A DNA stretch of 64,000 nucleotides from NCBI GenBank assembly GCA_031281275.1, contig JAITFP010000075.1:18056-82055 (forward strand). The letters are read 5' to 3'. The DNA is from Candidatus Fibrimonadaceae bacterium. Lineage in GTDB: Bacteria > Fibrobacterota > Fibrobacteria > Fibrobacterales > Fibrobacteraceae. Made by a program: the position numbers and the translations under genes. The notes under the pieces were generated by a model. The model was not told where the DNA came from. It saw only the letters and a program-made list of their open reading frames with translations, and did not search any database. Below, in pieces: positions 18,601-28,314 of this stretch (positions are counted from its first letter, which is position 1; every line of letters begins with the position of its first letter).

Positions 18601-19170
18601 ATGATTAGTGCTGTTTCTACTTCACAAAACGACTATTCTCTGATTGTAACCGCAGAAAATAGCAACAATGCCACAAATGAAGAGCCAAAACGCTCAGATG
18701 AAGAGAAATTTGGCTATAAACTTTCTTTATCAGATGAAAATTGGAAAACTTTGGGCAAAAAAGGGAAACTCAGCGAAGAAGACCAAAAAAAAGTGGAAGA
18801 ACTTAAAAAAATAGACCAAAAAGTTCACACTCACGAGCAGGCTCATTTAAGCGCGGCAGGGGGATATGCTCGCGGTGGTGCGCATTACGATTATGTGACC
18901 GGACCAGATGGCAATAGATACGCAAATTCAGGGCATGTAAATTTAGATACGGGCAAAGAAAAAACTCCAGAAGCAACCATAATAAAAGCAAATATAATTC
19001 AAAAAGCCGCCCTTGCCCCAGCAGACCCTTCCCCAGCAGACAATCAAATAGCAGCCAATGCAGCGAAAATGGCAGTAGATGCCCAAAAAGAGCTAGCAGA
19101 ACAAAAGAAAGGAACAAATGAGCCAGACAGCCCAGATGCACCTCAGGTAAATGTTAGCGAATCTAGCTAA
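18601..19170 (+). CDS. SprA-related / putative metalloprotease family protein
   Basis: HTHEQAHLSAAGGYARGGAHYDYVTGPDGNRYANSGHV...PADPSPADNQIAA resembles the SprA-related (PF12118-like) family as remembered. GAGGTG RBS before the ATG at 18601. Confidence 0.45.
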   Translation: MISAVSTSQNDYSLIVTAENSNNATNEEPKRSDEEKFGYKLSLSDENWKTLGKKGKLSEEDQKKVEELKKIDQKVHTHEQAHLSAAGGYARGGAHYDYVTGPDGNRYANSGHVNLDTGKEKTPEATIIKANIIQKAALAPADPSPADNQIAANAAKMAVDAQKELAEQKKGTNEPDSPDAPQVNVSESS

Positions 19171-20202
19171 TTATTTCTTTTTCTTTTTGTAATCAATTTC
19201 TGGACGCAAAACTTGACCGATGGTCACCAAAAGAGAAATTATGGGTTCTTTGTGGTCTCCAGAAATATCAAAAGCGGCAATTCCGCCATAGCCATTTGAT
19301 TTAACAGCCTCGGCAATAGCCTTAACAGAGGGAATTCCGTTGAAAACTATGGTTTCATTTTCACTAACTGCAACTTCGCTTTTTGAAGATTCGTCAAAAG
19401 ACACTTTGTAGGCTTCTTTTTTGTTGAATTTCTCCATAATCTCTTTATATTGCAAAACTCCATCATTGCCAGAGCCTGCCCCTTGGTGGGCGGAACCTAG
19501 TCCATTTGCTTTGTAAAATGTTCTGCCATAAAATGGTATTATTGGCACAAGTTTGTTTTTTGGAACGCCTGCGCTTGCAAAGGCGGCTAAAATTTTAATG
19601 TTAGCCTCGGTGTTTGAATTGGGTTTTACCTGCGGGTCGTTTGCAGATGCATCATCTGTGAACCACAATGAAAAATTATCTATTTTGCTCAAATCTACGC
19701 CAGAAACCGCACCTGCCAAAGATTCAATGCCTGGAACTGCAATGCTTATGCCAATGCCGGAATTTGCCAAATCCGCTGCTTGCTTCAATAATTTTGGCAA
19801 ATCTTCTGCGCTAATTGCGCCGCCGTCTAGTTCAAAAGCATCCACCCCGTATTCCTTTTGAAATTTTTTAACCGCTTCTTCTAAATTTGCTTCTTTCATA
19901 GCCGCTTCGCTGCCAATTCCCCCCACGGCAACCGAAAGCTTCACATTGGCAGCTTTTGCCTGGCTAACGAGAGCCAAAAAATTTTCCTTGTCCGATTCAT
20001 CGGCAAAAAGCAAATCCGAGCCAGAGGGCGTTAAATAGCCATAGCGAATATCCGTCACAAAATTATAACGCACATCCTTAGGAGTAAATTGCGAATATTG
20101 CGCCCAATGGGGAAAATAGGCTATTACCCTGTTTTGGGCAAAAAGCGTACCAGCGCATAACAAAACAAAAAACGGCAAAAATTTATTCATTGCAAACCTC
20201 AT
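19171..20202 (-). CDS. secreted GH18-like (chitinase-like TIM barrel) protein; canonical DxDxE not evident
   Basis: 343 aa, with a signal peptide. VIAYFPHWAQYS start of barrel; the expected DGxDxDWE position reads YGVDAFELDGG. Confidence 0.45.
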   Translation of the reverse strand: MRFAMNKFLPFFVLLCAGTLFAQNRVIAYFPHWAQYSQFTPKDVRYNFVTDIRYGYLTPSGSDLLFADESDKENFLALVSQAKAANVKLSVAVGGIGSEAAMKEANLEEAVKKFQKEYGVDAFELDGGAISAEDLPKLLKQAADLANSGIGISIAVPGIESLAGAVSGVDLSKIDNFSLWFTDDASANDPQVKPNSNTEANIKILAAFASAGVPKNKLVPIIPFYGRTFYKANGLGSAHQGAGSGNDGVLQYKEIMEKFNKKEAYKVSFDESSKSEVAVSENETIVFNGIPSVKAIAEAVKSNGYGGIAAFDISGDHKEPIISLLVTIGQVLRPEIDYKKKKK

Positions 20203-21026
20203 TTTACCACATATATCTTTTCGTTGGTTTTATCAAGGCAAAAAGTATATTTACCATAATCATAATAATAACCCTCTCTATTTTCTCGCCTAATTGCAAG
20301 ACTTTGAGTTTTTTCTACGCCATGTTCTTTATCACAATACTTGTAGGGTCTGCCATCGCTGCGACCAAAAAAATGATAATGCTGTTCAACAAGATATGGG
20401 TCAGGTTTAAAATTATTTAAATATTTTTTTGCCTCTTCCAGCGTTGTATCACGTACAAACAAGCACATAGCTTTAACTATGCCTAAATTATCTGATAAAG
20501 AATTTTTCAATTCACCCCAACCTCCGCTCAAGCAATTTTCTATAGCACACCCAGACGGATATTCCGTAGTTGTTATGTCTATTATCGTAATTGTTGTATC
20601 TCCTCTTGGCGTACCTGTTGAGTCAACTAACGTATATGTTGAGTCTCTTGTTGAATATGTTGTGTCTATAACAGGTTTGTTATAATTGCTGTTGTTGGCA
20701 TATTTTCCAGTGCATTTTTCCTTTTTGTCCCAGCCATCCACAGGGCACAGCAAATGATCCTCATAAATATATTTTGCAAAAGTCGAATCCGAAGAAAAAA
20801 TATTAACGCAATCTGTTATAGAATCTACTCCTTTTTTTGTTGTTTTAAGGTCTAGAATAATTTGGCTTTTAATCACATCGCCATTTATTTTGCCATATTC
20901 CACTGCGTCAAAATCAGCTGGCAAATCGGCTTTAACGGCTTCTTCTTCATTCACTGATAAATCTGCGCAAGAACCAAAAAACAGTGCTGCTGCCACGCAT
21001 AAAAAAACAAAAAATTCCTTTTTCAT
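20199..21026 (-). CDS. lipoprotein, unknown function (Cys-rich)
   Basis: 275 aa. FLCVAAALFFGSC lipobox. 4-nt overlap with the downstream gene. Confidence 0.4.
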   Translation of the reverse strand: MKKEFFVFLCVAAALFFGSCADLSVNEEEAVKADLPADFDAVEYGKINGDVIKSQIILDLKTTKKGVDSITDCVNIFSSDSTFAKYIYEDHLLCPVDGWDKKEKCTGKYANNSNYNKPVIDTTYSTRDSTYTLVDSTGTPRGDTTITIIDITTTEYPSGCAIENCLSGGWGELKNSLSDNLGIVKAMCLFVRDTTLEEAKKYLNNFKPDPYLVEQHYHFFGRSDGRPYKYCDKEHGVEKTQSLAIRRENREGYYYDYGKYTFCLDKTNEKIYVVK

Positions 21027-21036
21027 AAACTCCTCC

Positions 21037-23076
21037 CTAAAATTCCACCTTTACAGTGGCAGACATAATAGTTTTATCCAAATCATATTTTATACCATCG
21101 CCTTCAATTGAATTGGAAAGCAAGCCGCCTTGCAAATTGAAGTTTGCCCTTTCGCTTATTTTAACCTGCGGACCGCCTATAACCAAAAGCTCACCAACTT
21201 TATCTAATACACTATCTTCGAATTCCTTGCTCAACTGCTGGAAACCACCGAGCAAAGAAAGACCGCGCCAGATTCCCACTTTTAGCCCAGCCATAATGCG
21301 ATTTGTTTGAATGATGTTTTCCTGTTTGCTCTGCTCATAAGAACCAGAAATAGTCAAGGTTTTGCTCAGTCCTGCAAGACGTGCCACATTAACCTCTGCT
21401 CCGCCGCCAAAACGGATGTAATTGTCATATTCAGAGGAATACATTCCAAACACGCCACGCACATTTACCGCTTTGTTCCAAACAAAATTCAAATCCGCAT
21501 CACCACCGGTTCTATCTGGAGTGGCATAGCCATTCGGAAGCGCCAAATTAACAGAAGGGTCTAAACGTGAAGCTATGGAAGGCTCCCTGCGTTCCAAGCG
21601 GGTATAAGTTTGCTGCGTATAGGCATTGCGATAAAAATGAGAAAGTTTATAATTATTATCCAAACATGCTAATTGAGACAAGCGTGAACTTAATCTACAG
21701 AAGTAAAGATTTGGCTCTCCTTGTTTGCCGTCCACCACTGTCATAAAAGTCAAGGGCAAAGTATAATAAAGGGAATAATACATATTTTCCAAAGAACTCG
21801 TACGGAATTGCTGCAAATTCTGTTCCAAAGCAGCATCGCTGTTCAATATTGGCAAATTGGGCAAAAATGCAGGAGAAGCAGCAAGCTCGGATTCAAAATC
21901 CTTATCCGTTTTCAAAAAATGCCCTGATAGTTTTACTTCAAACGGTTTTTCGTTATAAGATACAAAGGCATTGCCGAGCAAAGCAACCTGATTATTAAAC
22001 TCTTCTTTTTCGGAAAGTACATGCTTAAAACGTTTATCACTAGGAGCCACGGTTTTGTAATATGCGTAATAGTTTTTATGCTCTTTACCATTCTTTTGAC
22101 CATCGGGCGCAACAACAGAAGGAATTGAGATGGAATCAAAAGCTAAAACTCTTACATAATCTGCTGAGTCTTTTTTGTATTTCCAATCACCCCAGTTAGA
22201 CAAAGCAAATTCCGCACCAGCACCAAAGTCTATGCCAGATATTGGCTTTTTGTTTTTATAGCCTAACTCAAAGCTCAACACATTATTTTTTTCGAAATCT
22301 ACAAGGGTATCTTTGCTTGGAGATTTTTTATCCAGCATGAAACTGCTAACTCTGTTAAAAGTGTAAACATCATTTATTCTAAAAGAAAAACCATAAGCTT
22401 CAGCACCAATGCGAGCCGCTGTTGAAAACCTGTCTTTATTTGGAGCAAAGTCAAAAAATATTCTGTCTGCTTCATCTGCTACTTTGCGCAAACGCACAAT
22501 GGTTCCCTGCAAAAAAATGTTGTCAAAAATACCAGCAGATATGGCGTATTCTGCATTCAATCCCTGCAAAAGCCTGCGGTTTGTGCCGTCTAAATATCTC
22601 TCTTCCATAGCTTCTTTTTTAAGGTTGGCAAAAATTTCCGGCTCCATAATTAGGTTTGGCTCTGGCAAATAAATTGTGAGCGGAGTGTAGGCAACTCGCA
22701 TGGTTCCCAAATTGAATTTTAATTTTTTATCCAACACACTGCCATCGTAGCTCCACCATCTAATTATGGGTTGGTTCATGCCCTCGCGATAGGCAGATTG
22801 CCAATCTTTATGAAAACGCAAATCAAAGGTCGCTCTTGTTTCGCTACTCGGACTCACAGAAAGTCTCAATAAAAAATCGCTGAAAGCCAAATATTCCGAA
22901 AATGATTCTTCATTTGCATCTAAAGTAGAAGACAACATTCCACCCTTAGCGCTGCCTCCTAGGGAAAATCCCACCACATTCTCTTCTATGCTGTCTAATG
23001 CAGAAATTATCCTTTCCTCAGCAAAAGAAAGGCTTGTAAGTAAAACCAAGGCTATTATTGCATATCTCATATTCAC
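21037..23076 (-). CDS. large outer-membrane beta-barrel protein (paralog of 23080..25185)
   Basis: 679 aa. Signal peptide, C-terminal ...ATVKVEF. Shares RVAYTPLTIYLPEPNLIMEPEIF...NRRLLQGLNAEY with its neighbour. Confidence 0.5.
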   Translation of the reverse strand: MNMRYAIIALVLLTSLSFAEERIISALDSIEENVVGFSLGGSAKGGMLSSTLDANEESFSEYLAFSDFLLRLSVSPSSETRATFDLRFHKDWQSAYREGMNQPIIRWWSYDGSVLDKKLKFNLGTMRVAYTPLTIYLPEPNLIMEPEIFANLKKEAMEERYLDGTNRRLLQGLNAEYAISAGIFDNIFLQGTIVRLRKVADEADRIFFDFAPNKDRFSTAARIGAEAYGFSFRINDVYTFNRVSSFMLDKKSPSKDTLVDFEKNNVLSFELGYKNKKPISGIDFGAGAEFALSNWGDWKYKKDSADYVRVLAFDSISIPSVVAPDGQKNGKEHKNYYAYYKTVAPSDKRFKHVLSEKEEFNNQVALLGNAFVSYNEKPFEVKLSGHFLKTDKDFESELAASPAFLPNLPILNSDAALEQNLQQFRTSSLENMYYSLYYTLPLTFMTVVDGKQGEPNLYFCRLSSRLSQLACLDNNYKLSHFYRNAYTQQTYTRLERREPSIASRLDPSVNLALPNGYATPDRTGGDADLNFVWNKAVNVRGVFGMYSSEYDNYIRFGGGAEVNVARLAGLSKTLTISGSYEQSKQENIIQTNRIMAGLKVGIWRGLSLLGGFQQLSKEFEDSVLDKVGELLVIGGPQVKISERANFNLQGGLLSNSIEGDGIKYDLDKTIMSATVKVEF

Positions 23077-23079
23077 CCC

Positions 23080-25185
23080 TTAAAACTCCACATTGATGGT
23101 TGCTTCAAGTATATTTCGCGAAAATTCATGTTTCAATTCTATTTCCTTACCAATTACGTTTACAACAGCGTAGCCTGGCATATTTGTTTCTGGCTTTATA
23201 GTAGTTAATTGATAAGTATTTTCAACACTCATAATTCCGTAATTTATGGAGAGCCAAGCATTTTTAGCCACGGTATAATCTAAACCAGCCATCCATTGAT
23301 TCTGCTTTGCTTTTATAATGGGCACAACGCTAATTTTTAAATTTAAATTATTCATCTGGTCATATAGAATATTTGCTCCAGATTCATTTAAATCGGAGTT
23401 TATTTGCTGGAACCCAAATGCCAACCCAAATCTCTTATAAAAGCGATAATATAAACCAGCATTTATAAAATCACTGGTATATTCTGCCGTGCCCTGTTCC
23501 TTAGCAGAACCCTTGTAACTGCCGCTCAACTCAACCCCCCAGAGGTCAACTTTTGCTCCACCGCCAAATTCTGTGTACTTTGCAATTTCCGCGGTGCCCG
23601 CAGCGAGTTGCTTATAGCTCGCAAACAAACCCTTAACCTCTGCTAATCCTTTCCAGTTCGCAGTTAAAACTTCTTGAAAGCCCATTCTATTAGGAGTTGC
23701 AAAACCTCCGGGCAATGCCATCTGTAAATTTAAATCGGAAAGGTTTTCTAAAAGAGCAAGCTCCGCACGTGTTAGAGTTGATGGGTTCCAAGAGGTTTTG
23801 GCATAAGGAGAATTGTTATAGCTCATATTTTGATCGCCAGCTTCTGGCAAGGTAGAATTAAAGGTAGAACGCATGGGTGAGTGTTTGGGCGTAAAGAAAT
23901 AAAGAGCATCAAAAGAGGAATAAAGCGGTGAATAAACCCCATATTTGCTCAAATTATAAGTTTGGTCTGTACAGGGACTTCTCCTGCAACCCAAATCTTT
24001 ATCTGAATTCAACACACGCCGAGCAAAGAAAGATGGCGACTGCGCCACATTGTTAAACCAAGAGGAATCGTTGCGAATAAATGAACTTGAAAGAACAATA
24101 TCTGTGTTTAAAATACCTTTATAACCCAAATCCATTTGCGCAAGGATGGCTTTGCCTTCTTCAAGCTCAGGAGATTCGTCTTTAGACATAGCAAATTCAG
24201 CAGTTAAATTTGCAACCAAGGAACTATTCCCAAGTATCCCTGCAATATCTGCCCCTGCCCTGCCAGCAATAATAGAAGTTTTTTGCGGAATGGAATCCAA
24301 TGTATTTATCAAAGAGTCTCTATCGCCAGGAGAGCGGCAAATGTTTTCTGGGCAGGAATATTTCTTAGAAGAATTTTCATCGTCAAAAATTGACAGATAA
24401 GTTCCGCCAATGAGCAGGTTTTTATTGAGTGGCAAGAGTTCAAGATTGCCAGCAAGCAAAAACTTGTCAAAACGCCCTGCCTGAGTGGCTCCTGGAATGC
24501 CCTCATTTGGAAGCATATTGCCCATGGCGCCGCTCGCATCTAAATAACCTGCGCGGCGAAGCCGTGCCCCCAAAGCTTCAACTCGCAATTCGCCCAATTT
24601 CTCTCCCAACTGCGGACGATATTGCAAATTGAAGCCCTGCAAATTCCTCTGATTGCCTTGAATCAAGGCTTCTTTCTGAGCCATTTCCCTTTTGCGAGCA
24701 AAAGCCGTTGGCTCGTACATGATGTCTATGCCAGGCATATAAAGGGTTAAAGGCGAATAAGACTGCCTGAAATCACCCACAACCCAGTAAAAATTCTCCG
24801 TCAAGTTCCCCTCTATATTCATCCAGGGAACGCTTACCATTGTGGCAGCAGCAGCAAAGTATTCCTGCGCACCTGCACCTAAACGCAATTTCAAGTTAGC
24901 GCTTATCACATCCCAAGGGCGAAATTTGAAATCCAAATCTAACTGCAAAAACTCAGAAATCTCGTGGTTTGGCATTTTATTCGTATAAGTCCCAGTGCTA
25001 TCTGGTTTTTCGTTCCGAGATTCAAAATAAGAATTAAAAGAAGCACTGCGAACGGTTCCGCTTATTTCAAGTCCCTTTTTAGCATTAAGAATTTCAACTC
25101 TATTCTCTATTTCTTGCTCAGAATTTTCAGTTGCAAAAATCAAAGAGCAAGAGGCTAAAACGGCAAAAATCAATTTTTTATTCAT
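23080..25185 (-). CDS. large outer-membrane beta-barrel protein (paralog of 21037..23076)
   Basis: 701 aa. Signal peptide MNKKLIFAVLASCSLIFA, C-terminal ...ATINVEF. RQSYSPLTLYMPGIDIMYEPTAF...QRNLQGFNLQY. Confidence 0.5.
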   Translation of the reverse strand: MNKKLIFAVLASCSLIFATENSEQEIENRVEILNAKKGLEISGTVRSASFNSYFESRNEKPDSTGTYTNKMPNHEISEFLQLDLDFKFRPWDVISANLKLRLGAGAQEYFAAAATMVSVPWMNIEGNLTENFYWVVGDFRQSYSPLTLYMPGIDIMYEPTAFARKREMAQKEALIQGNQRNLQGFNLQYRPQLGEKLGELRVEALGARLRRAGYLDASGAMGNMLPNEGIPGATQAGRFDKFLLAGNLELLPLNKNLLIGGTYLSIFDDENSSKKYSCPENICRSPGDRDSLINTLDSIPQKTSIIAGRAGADIAGILGNSSLVANLTAEFAMSKDESPELEEGKAILAQMDLGYKGILNTDIVLSSSFIRNDSSWFNNVAQSPSFFARRVLNSDKDLGCRRSPCTDQTYNLSKYGVYSPLYSSFDALYFFTPKHSPMRSTFNSTLPEAGDQNMSYNNSPYAKTSWNPSTLTRAELALLENLSDLNLQMALPGGFATPNRMGFQEVLTANWKGLAEVKGLFASYKQLAAGTAEIAKYTEFGGGAKVDLWGVELSGSYKGSAKEQGTAEYTSDFINAGLYYRFYKRFGLAFGFQQINSDLNESGANILYDQMNNLNLKISVVPIIKAKQNQWMAGLDYTVAKNAWLSINYGIMSVENTYQLTTIKPETNMPGYAVVNVIGKEIELKHEFSRNILEATINVEF

Positions 25186-25203
25186 ATTTCACAGCCTCGC
25201 TTA

Positions 25204-27555
25204 TTAAAACCAAACCTTTGTTTCGGCTTGAACATAGTGAACATTCCAATCATTCTGCGGCAAATTTTCATCTTTGCTGGTCAAATATTTATAACGGAAA
25301 TGCAAACCCGCACGTGAGGCAAAATCCCAGTCAAAGCCAAAGCCAAGAGATGTATGCCTAATATTTATAGGAGATAGCTTATAATCGTAAATTATACCTT
25401 TTTTGTACAATTCACCATAAGAACTTGGAGGAGCAATAGCACCGAGGTTATCCGGTGATGCAGTTGGGTTTAATACAAGTTCGGCATAAGCCTTTTCTGC
25501 ACGGAACATTTCAATTCCAAGAATTAAAATCGCATGGAATTTAGGAGTAATGGCTATTGCCGGCTCGGATTGCGCAAACCAATTCCACATAAGCATATCG
25601 TTATCGTATTTATCTGTGTAAGCCACCGGAATAAAGGATTTTGAAACACCAGAAAGAGCAGTGTATAATTGCAACATTATATTTCTATCCGTGCCAAACC
25701 AATGCCCTATATCGTAACCCATGTCCACGGCTACCGAAGAATTCCATTTTACATTAGTTGGCATATTGCAAGGCACCTGCCCATTTATCCTTGCAGAATC
25801 ATTGAAGTAACTGAACTGAGCGCAATAAAAGGCATCTTGAGCATTATCGTAAGCAGCAAAGGCATCCCAAGTTTCAGCATAGCCGCTGCGCAGTCCTCCT
25901 GATTGATCGCTGAGTTTGAACTTGGGCGAAGCCGGACCTCTGGCAAGTCTGTAAGTATAGCGTCTGAGTTTATCATCATAACCCGAATCTGCATTAAAGA
26001 AAGGCTTATGTTTGGTCCAACTGGTGGAGGTTTCCCATATATACCGCCCCACTAAATTATATTTGTAATTTATTATATCTGCACCTTCTTCCACTTGCCT
26101 GTGAATTCCATATTGTACATCAAAACGACCTCGGTCAAATTCAGGTTCCAATTTGAGATTTGCTCCAACCATATTTGGTCCATAACGGAAAGTTCCAGCT
26201 CCAACATAAAATTGGTCTTTGCGCCAAGATGCAACTCTATCTGGGTTTGCCATTGAATATGGAGAATAAAAATCTTTTGGCAAATAAATGAGTTCCAAAG
26301 TTATTGGTTCCCAATGCTTATCTTGCGCTTTTACATAAAGACCAAAAGCAGGCGTGGAAGGCGAAGAACTATATTTGCTCGCATCATAACATTTAGCATT
26401 AACATAATTAAATAAAGATGGATTTGTACTTAGACAAGAGGGATCGGAAGGGCGGAATGAGGTGGTATCGTCCCAACTTAAAGCTAAATCAAAAGACAAA
26501 AAGAATTGCGGGTTAAGATTGCCTTTTAAATCTATGGTGGCTACACGCAAATTTTCAAATTTCACGCTGCTATCGGGATAAATAACATAGGGAAAAACAT
26601 TAGTTTCGTATATCTGTTCAGGGTCAAAAGTAATTCCCATGTAATTTGCGCCAATAGTTAAACTAGCTTGATCAAAATCAATTTTTTCCTTTGCAAAACG
26701 CCCACCTATAACCGAGCCGCGATAGTCGTAAGTACCTATCATTGCTAGTTCGCTGTTATCTCTGGTGTTTAAACGGAGTCCGTCTCTGGTTCCAATGTCC
26801 ACGCTGTTGGGTTGGGAAAGCATTAATTGCCCTTTAAAGTTCCAAGGCAATGTGTGCACATCCAAAAGCATTCCGCCAAAAGAACGGTTTGTCCAGAATG
26901 CCCTGCCCCCTTCTTTCACTGGCTTAAAACCTTTTTCTTTGTAATAGGTGCTCACAACCTTTTCTTCTTCGTAAAGTTCGTATTGAGAAATAAAGCGCGG
27001 GCTGGTTTCACGTTCCCACACTGTGAGCGGGCTTTGAGTGGTCCAAATAACTCCGCCCATAAAAAGCGTTGCTCCAAACTGCCCACCGCGCATATCCAAG
27101 CCGGCAAGCATGTTTTCGTTTATGGAAGCTCCATAAAAATCAGCGGATGGATGGAACCACTGCACCCTTTCGCCCGTACCGCCAATATTTCCTGGATTAG
27201 GAGTGAATGCCTGTTCATTTGTGTAAAATCCGCTAAAATCAAAAGGCAAATAAAGATTAGAGAATAAGGTTAAAAAAGAAGCTGGAGAAACCACAATAGT
27301 AGCGGTTAAAGCAGAATTAATAAAAGTGCGCAAGTTTTCGCTGCCTTGCAAGGTAGCGGTCTTTGTATAGTCAGTATGGGCAAAACGCACCACAAAGTCA
27401 CCGGAAACAGCAACGGGAGAATCATCTTTGCCTATAACTGTGGAGCCAGCATATTCTCCAAGCGAATCCAAACGAGCCTCTATATCAGAGAGGTCGCTTT
27501 GAGCATACACAAAAGATACGAAAAAAAACAAACTGAATAAAATTTTTATTCTCAT
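25204..27555 (-). CDS. very large outer-membrane beta-barrel protein
   Basis: 783 aa from MRIKILFSLFFFVSFVYAQ (the track ORF extends to 27615). Aromatic-rich beta pattern, C-terminal ...AETKVWF. Confidence 0.5.
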   Translation of the reverse strand: MRIKILFSLFFFVSFVYAQSDLSDIEARLDSLGEYAGSTVIGKDDSPVAVSGDFVVRFAHTDYTKTATLQGSENLRTFINSALTATIVVSPASFLTLFSNLYLPFDFSGFYTNEQAFTPNPGNIGGTGERVQWFHPSADFYGASINENMLAGLDMRGGQFGATLFMGGVIWTTQSPLTVWERETSPRFISQYELYEEEKVVSTYYKEKGFKPVKEGGRAFWTNRSFGGMLLDVHTLPWNFKGQLMLSQPNSVDIGTRDGLRLNTRDNSELAMIGTYDYRGSVIGGRFAKEKIDFDQASLTIGANYMGITFDPEQIYETNVFPYVIYPDSSVKFENLRVATIDLKGNLNPQFFLSFDLALSWDDTTSFRPSDPSCLSTNPSLFNYVNAKCYDASKYSSSPSTPAFGLYVKAQDKHWEPITLELIYLPKDFYSPYSMANPDRVASWRKDQFYVGAGTFRYGPNMVGANLKLEPEFDRGRFDVQYGIHRQVEEGADIINYKYNLVGRYIWETSTSWTKHKPFFNADSGYDDKLRRYTYRLARGPASPKFKLSDQSGGLRSGYAETWDAFAAYDNAQDAFYCAQFSYFNDSARINGQVPCNMPTNVKWNSSVAVDMGYDIGHWFGTDRNIMLQLYTALSGVSKSFIPVAYTDKYDNDMLMWNWFAQSEPAIAITPKFHAILILGIEMFRAEKAYAELVLNPTASPDNLGAIAPPSSYGELYKKGIIYDYKLSPINIRHTSLGFGFDWDFASRAGLHFRYKYLTSKDENLPQNDWNVHYVQAETKVWF

Positions 27556-27562
27556 GCAATCC

Positions 27563-28297
27563 TCACAAAATATTGCGGAAAGGATAACCCTCCGGTCCTT
27601 TGTATTCTTCGCCAACTTTTTTGATTACTATATCGTCTATCCAAACTTTGAAATATTGATTTTCATCTTTGCGAACTTCTATTCTAAATCCCTTTACATT
27701 ATTCCAAGAGAAAGGCATAAACACTTCTCTGCGGTTTTTGGCATCCCAATAAACGCCCATAGTCCCAAAGAGTTTAAGAGGGATGCTTATTCTTTGCCAC
27801 TCAGTTGTTAAATCTCCAAAACTTTTGGAACCTATCTTCACCTGCAAAGATTCGCCGCCGCTTTTCACCCCATCGTCAACAAGCACGTATTGAGCAACTT
27901 CGCCACCTTTGTCGCTCTTAATCCAAAATTCCAAAACTCCCTCTTCAAGATATGGAGTTATATCTTTAGAACCAGCAATACATATTGCAACGCCGGAATA
28001 ATCGCTTGCAATTAGCTCTATTTCCATAGATAAATCGCCTTCCATAGCATATTTGTCTGTCATAAAAGGTTCTGGGTTTTCACGCGGATATTGGTAGGTG
28101 TAGCCTCCACCTCTGGGTATTCTTTCGCGCATAATAACAACCAGCACGTCTTGGTCTGCTTTGAAGGGTTTAACGGTTTTTTTCAAAAATCGCTCGGAAT
28201 CGCGGTTTTTGTAATCGTCAAAGGCGGCGAAAGCATTTATAGAACACAACGCCGCAAATAGAACTACAAATCTGGAAATCATATCCATAATATACAT
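27563..28297 (-). CDS. secreted CBM-like beta-sandwich protein
   Basis: 244 aa, with a signal peptide. ...VLEFWIKSDKGG...WQRISIPLKLF...VKGFRIEVRKDENQYFKVWIDDIVI resembles CBM11/CIA30-type carbohydrate-binding modules. The true start may be an internal Met. Confidence 0.4.
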   Translation of the reverse strand: MYIMDMISRFVVLFAALCSINAFAAFDDYKNRDSERFLKKTVKPFKADQDVLVVIMRERIPRGGGYTYQYPRENPEPFMTDKYAMEGDLSMEIELIASDYSGVAICIAGSKDITPYLEEGVLEFWIKSDKGGEVAQYVLVDDGVKSGGESLQVKIGSKSFGDLTTEWQRISIPLKLFGTMGVYWDAKNRREVFMPFSWNNVKGFRIEVRKDENQYFKVWIDDIVIKKVGEEYKGPEGYPFRNIL

Positions 28298-28314
28298 TTT
28301 TTTAACACAAAAGA

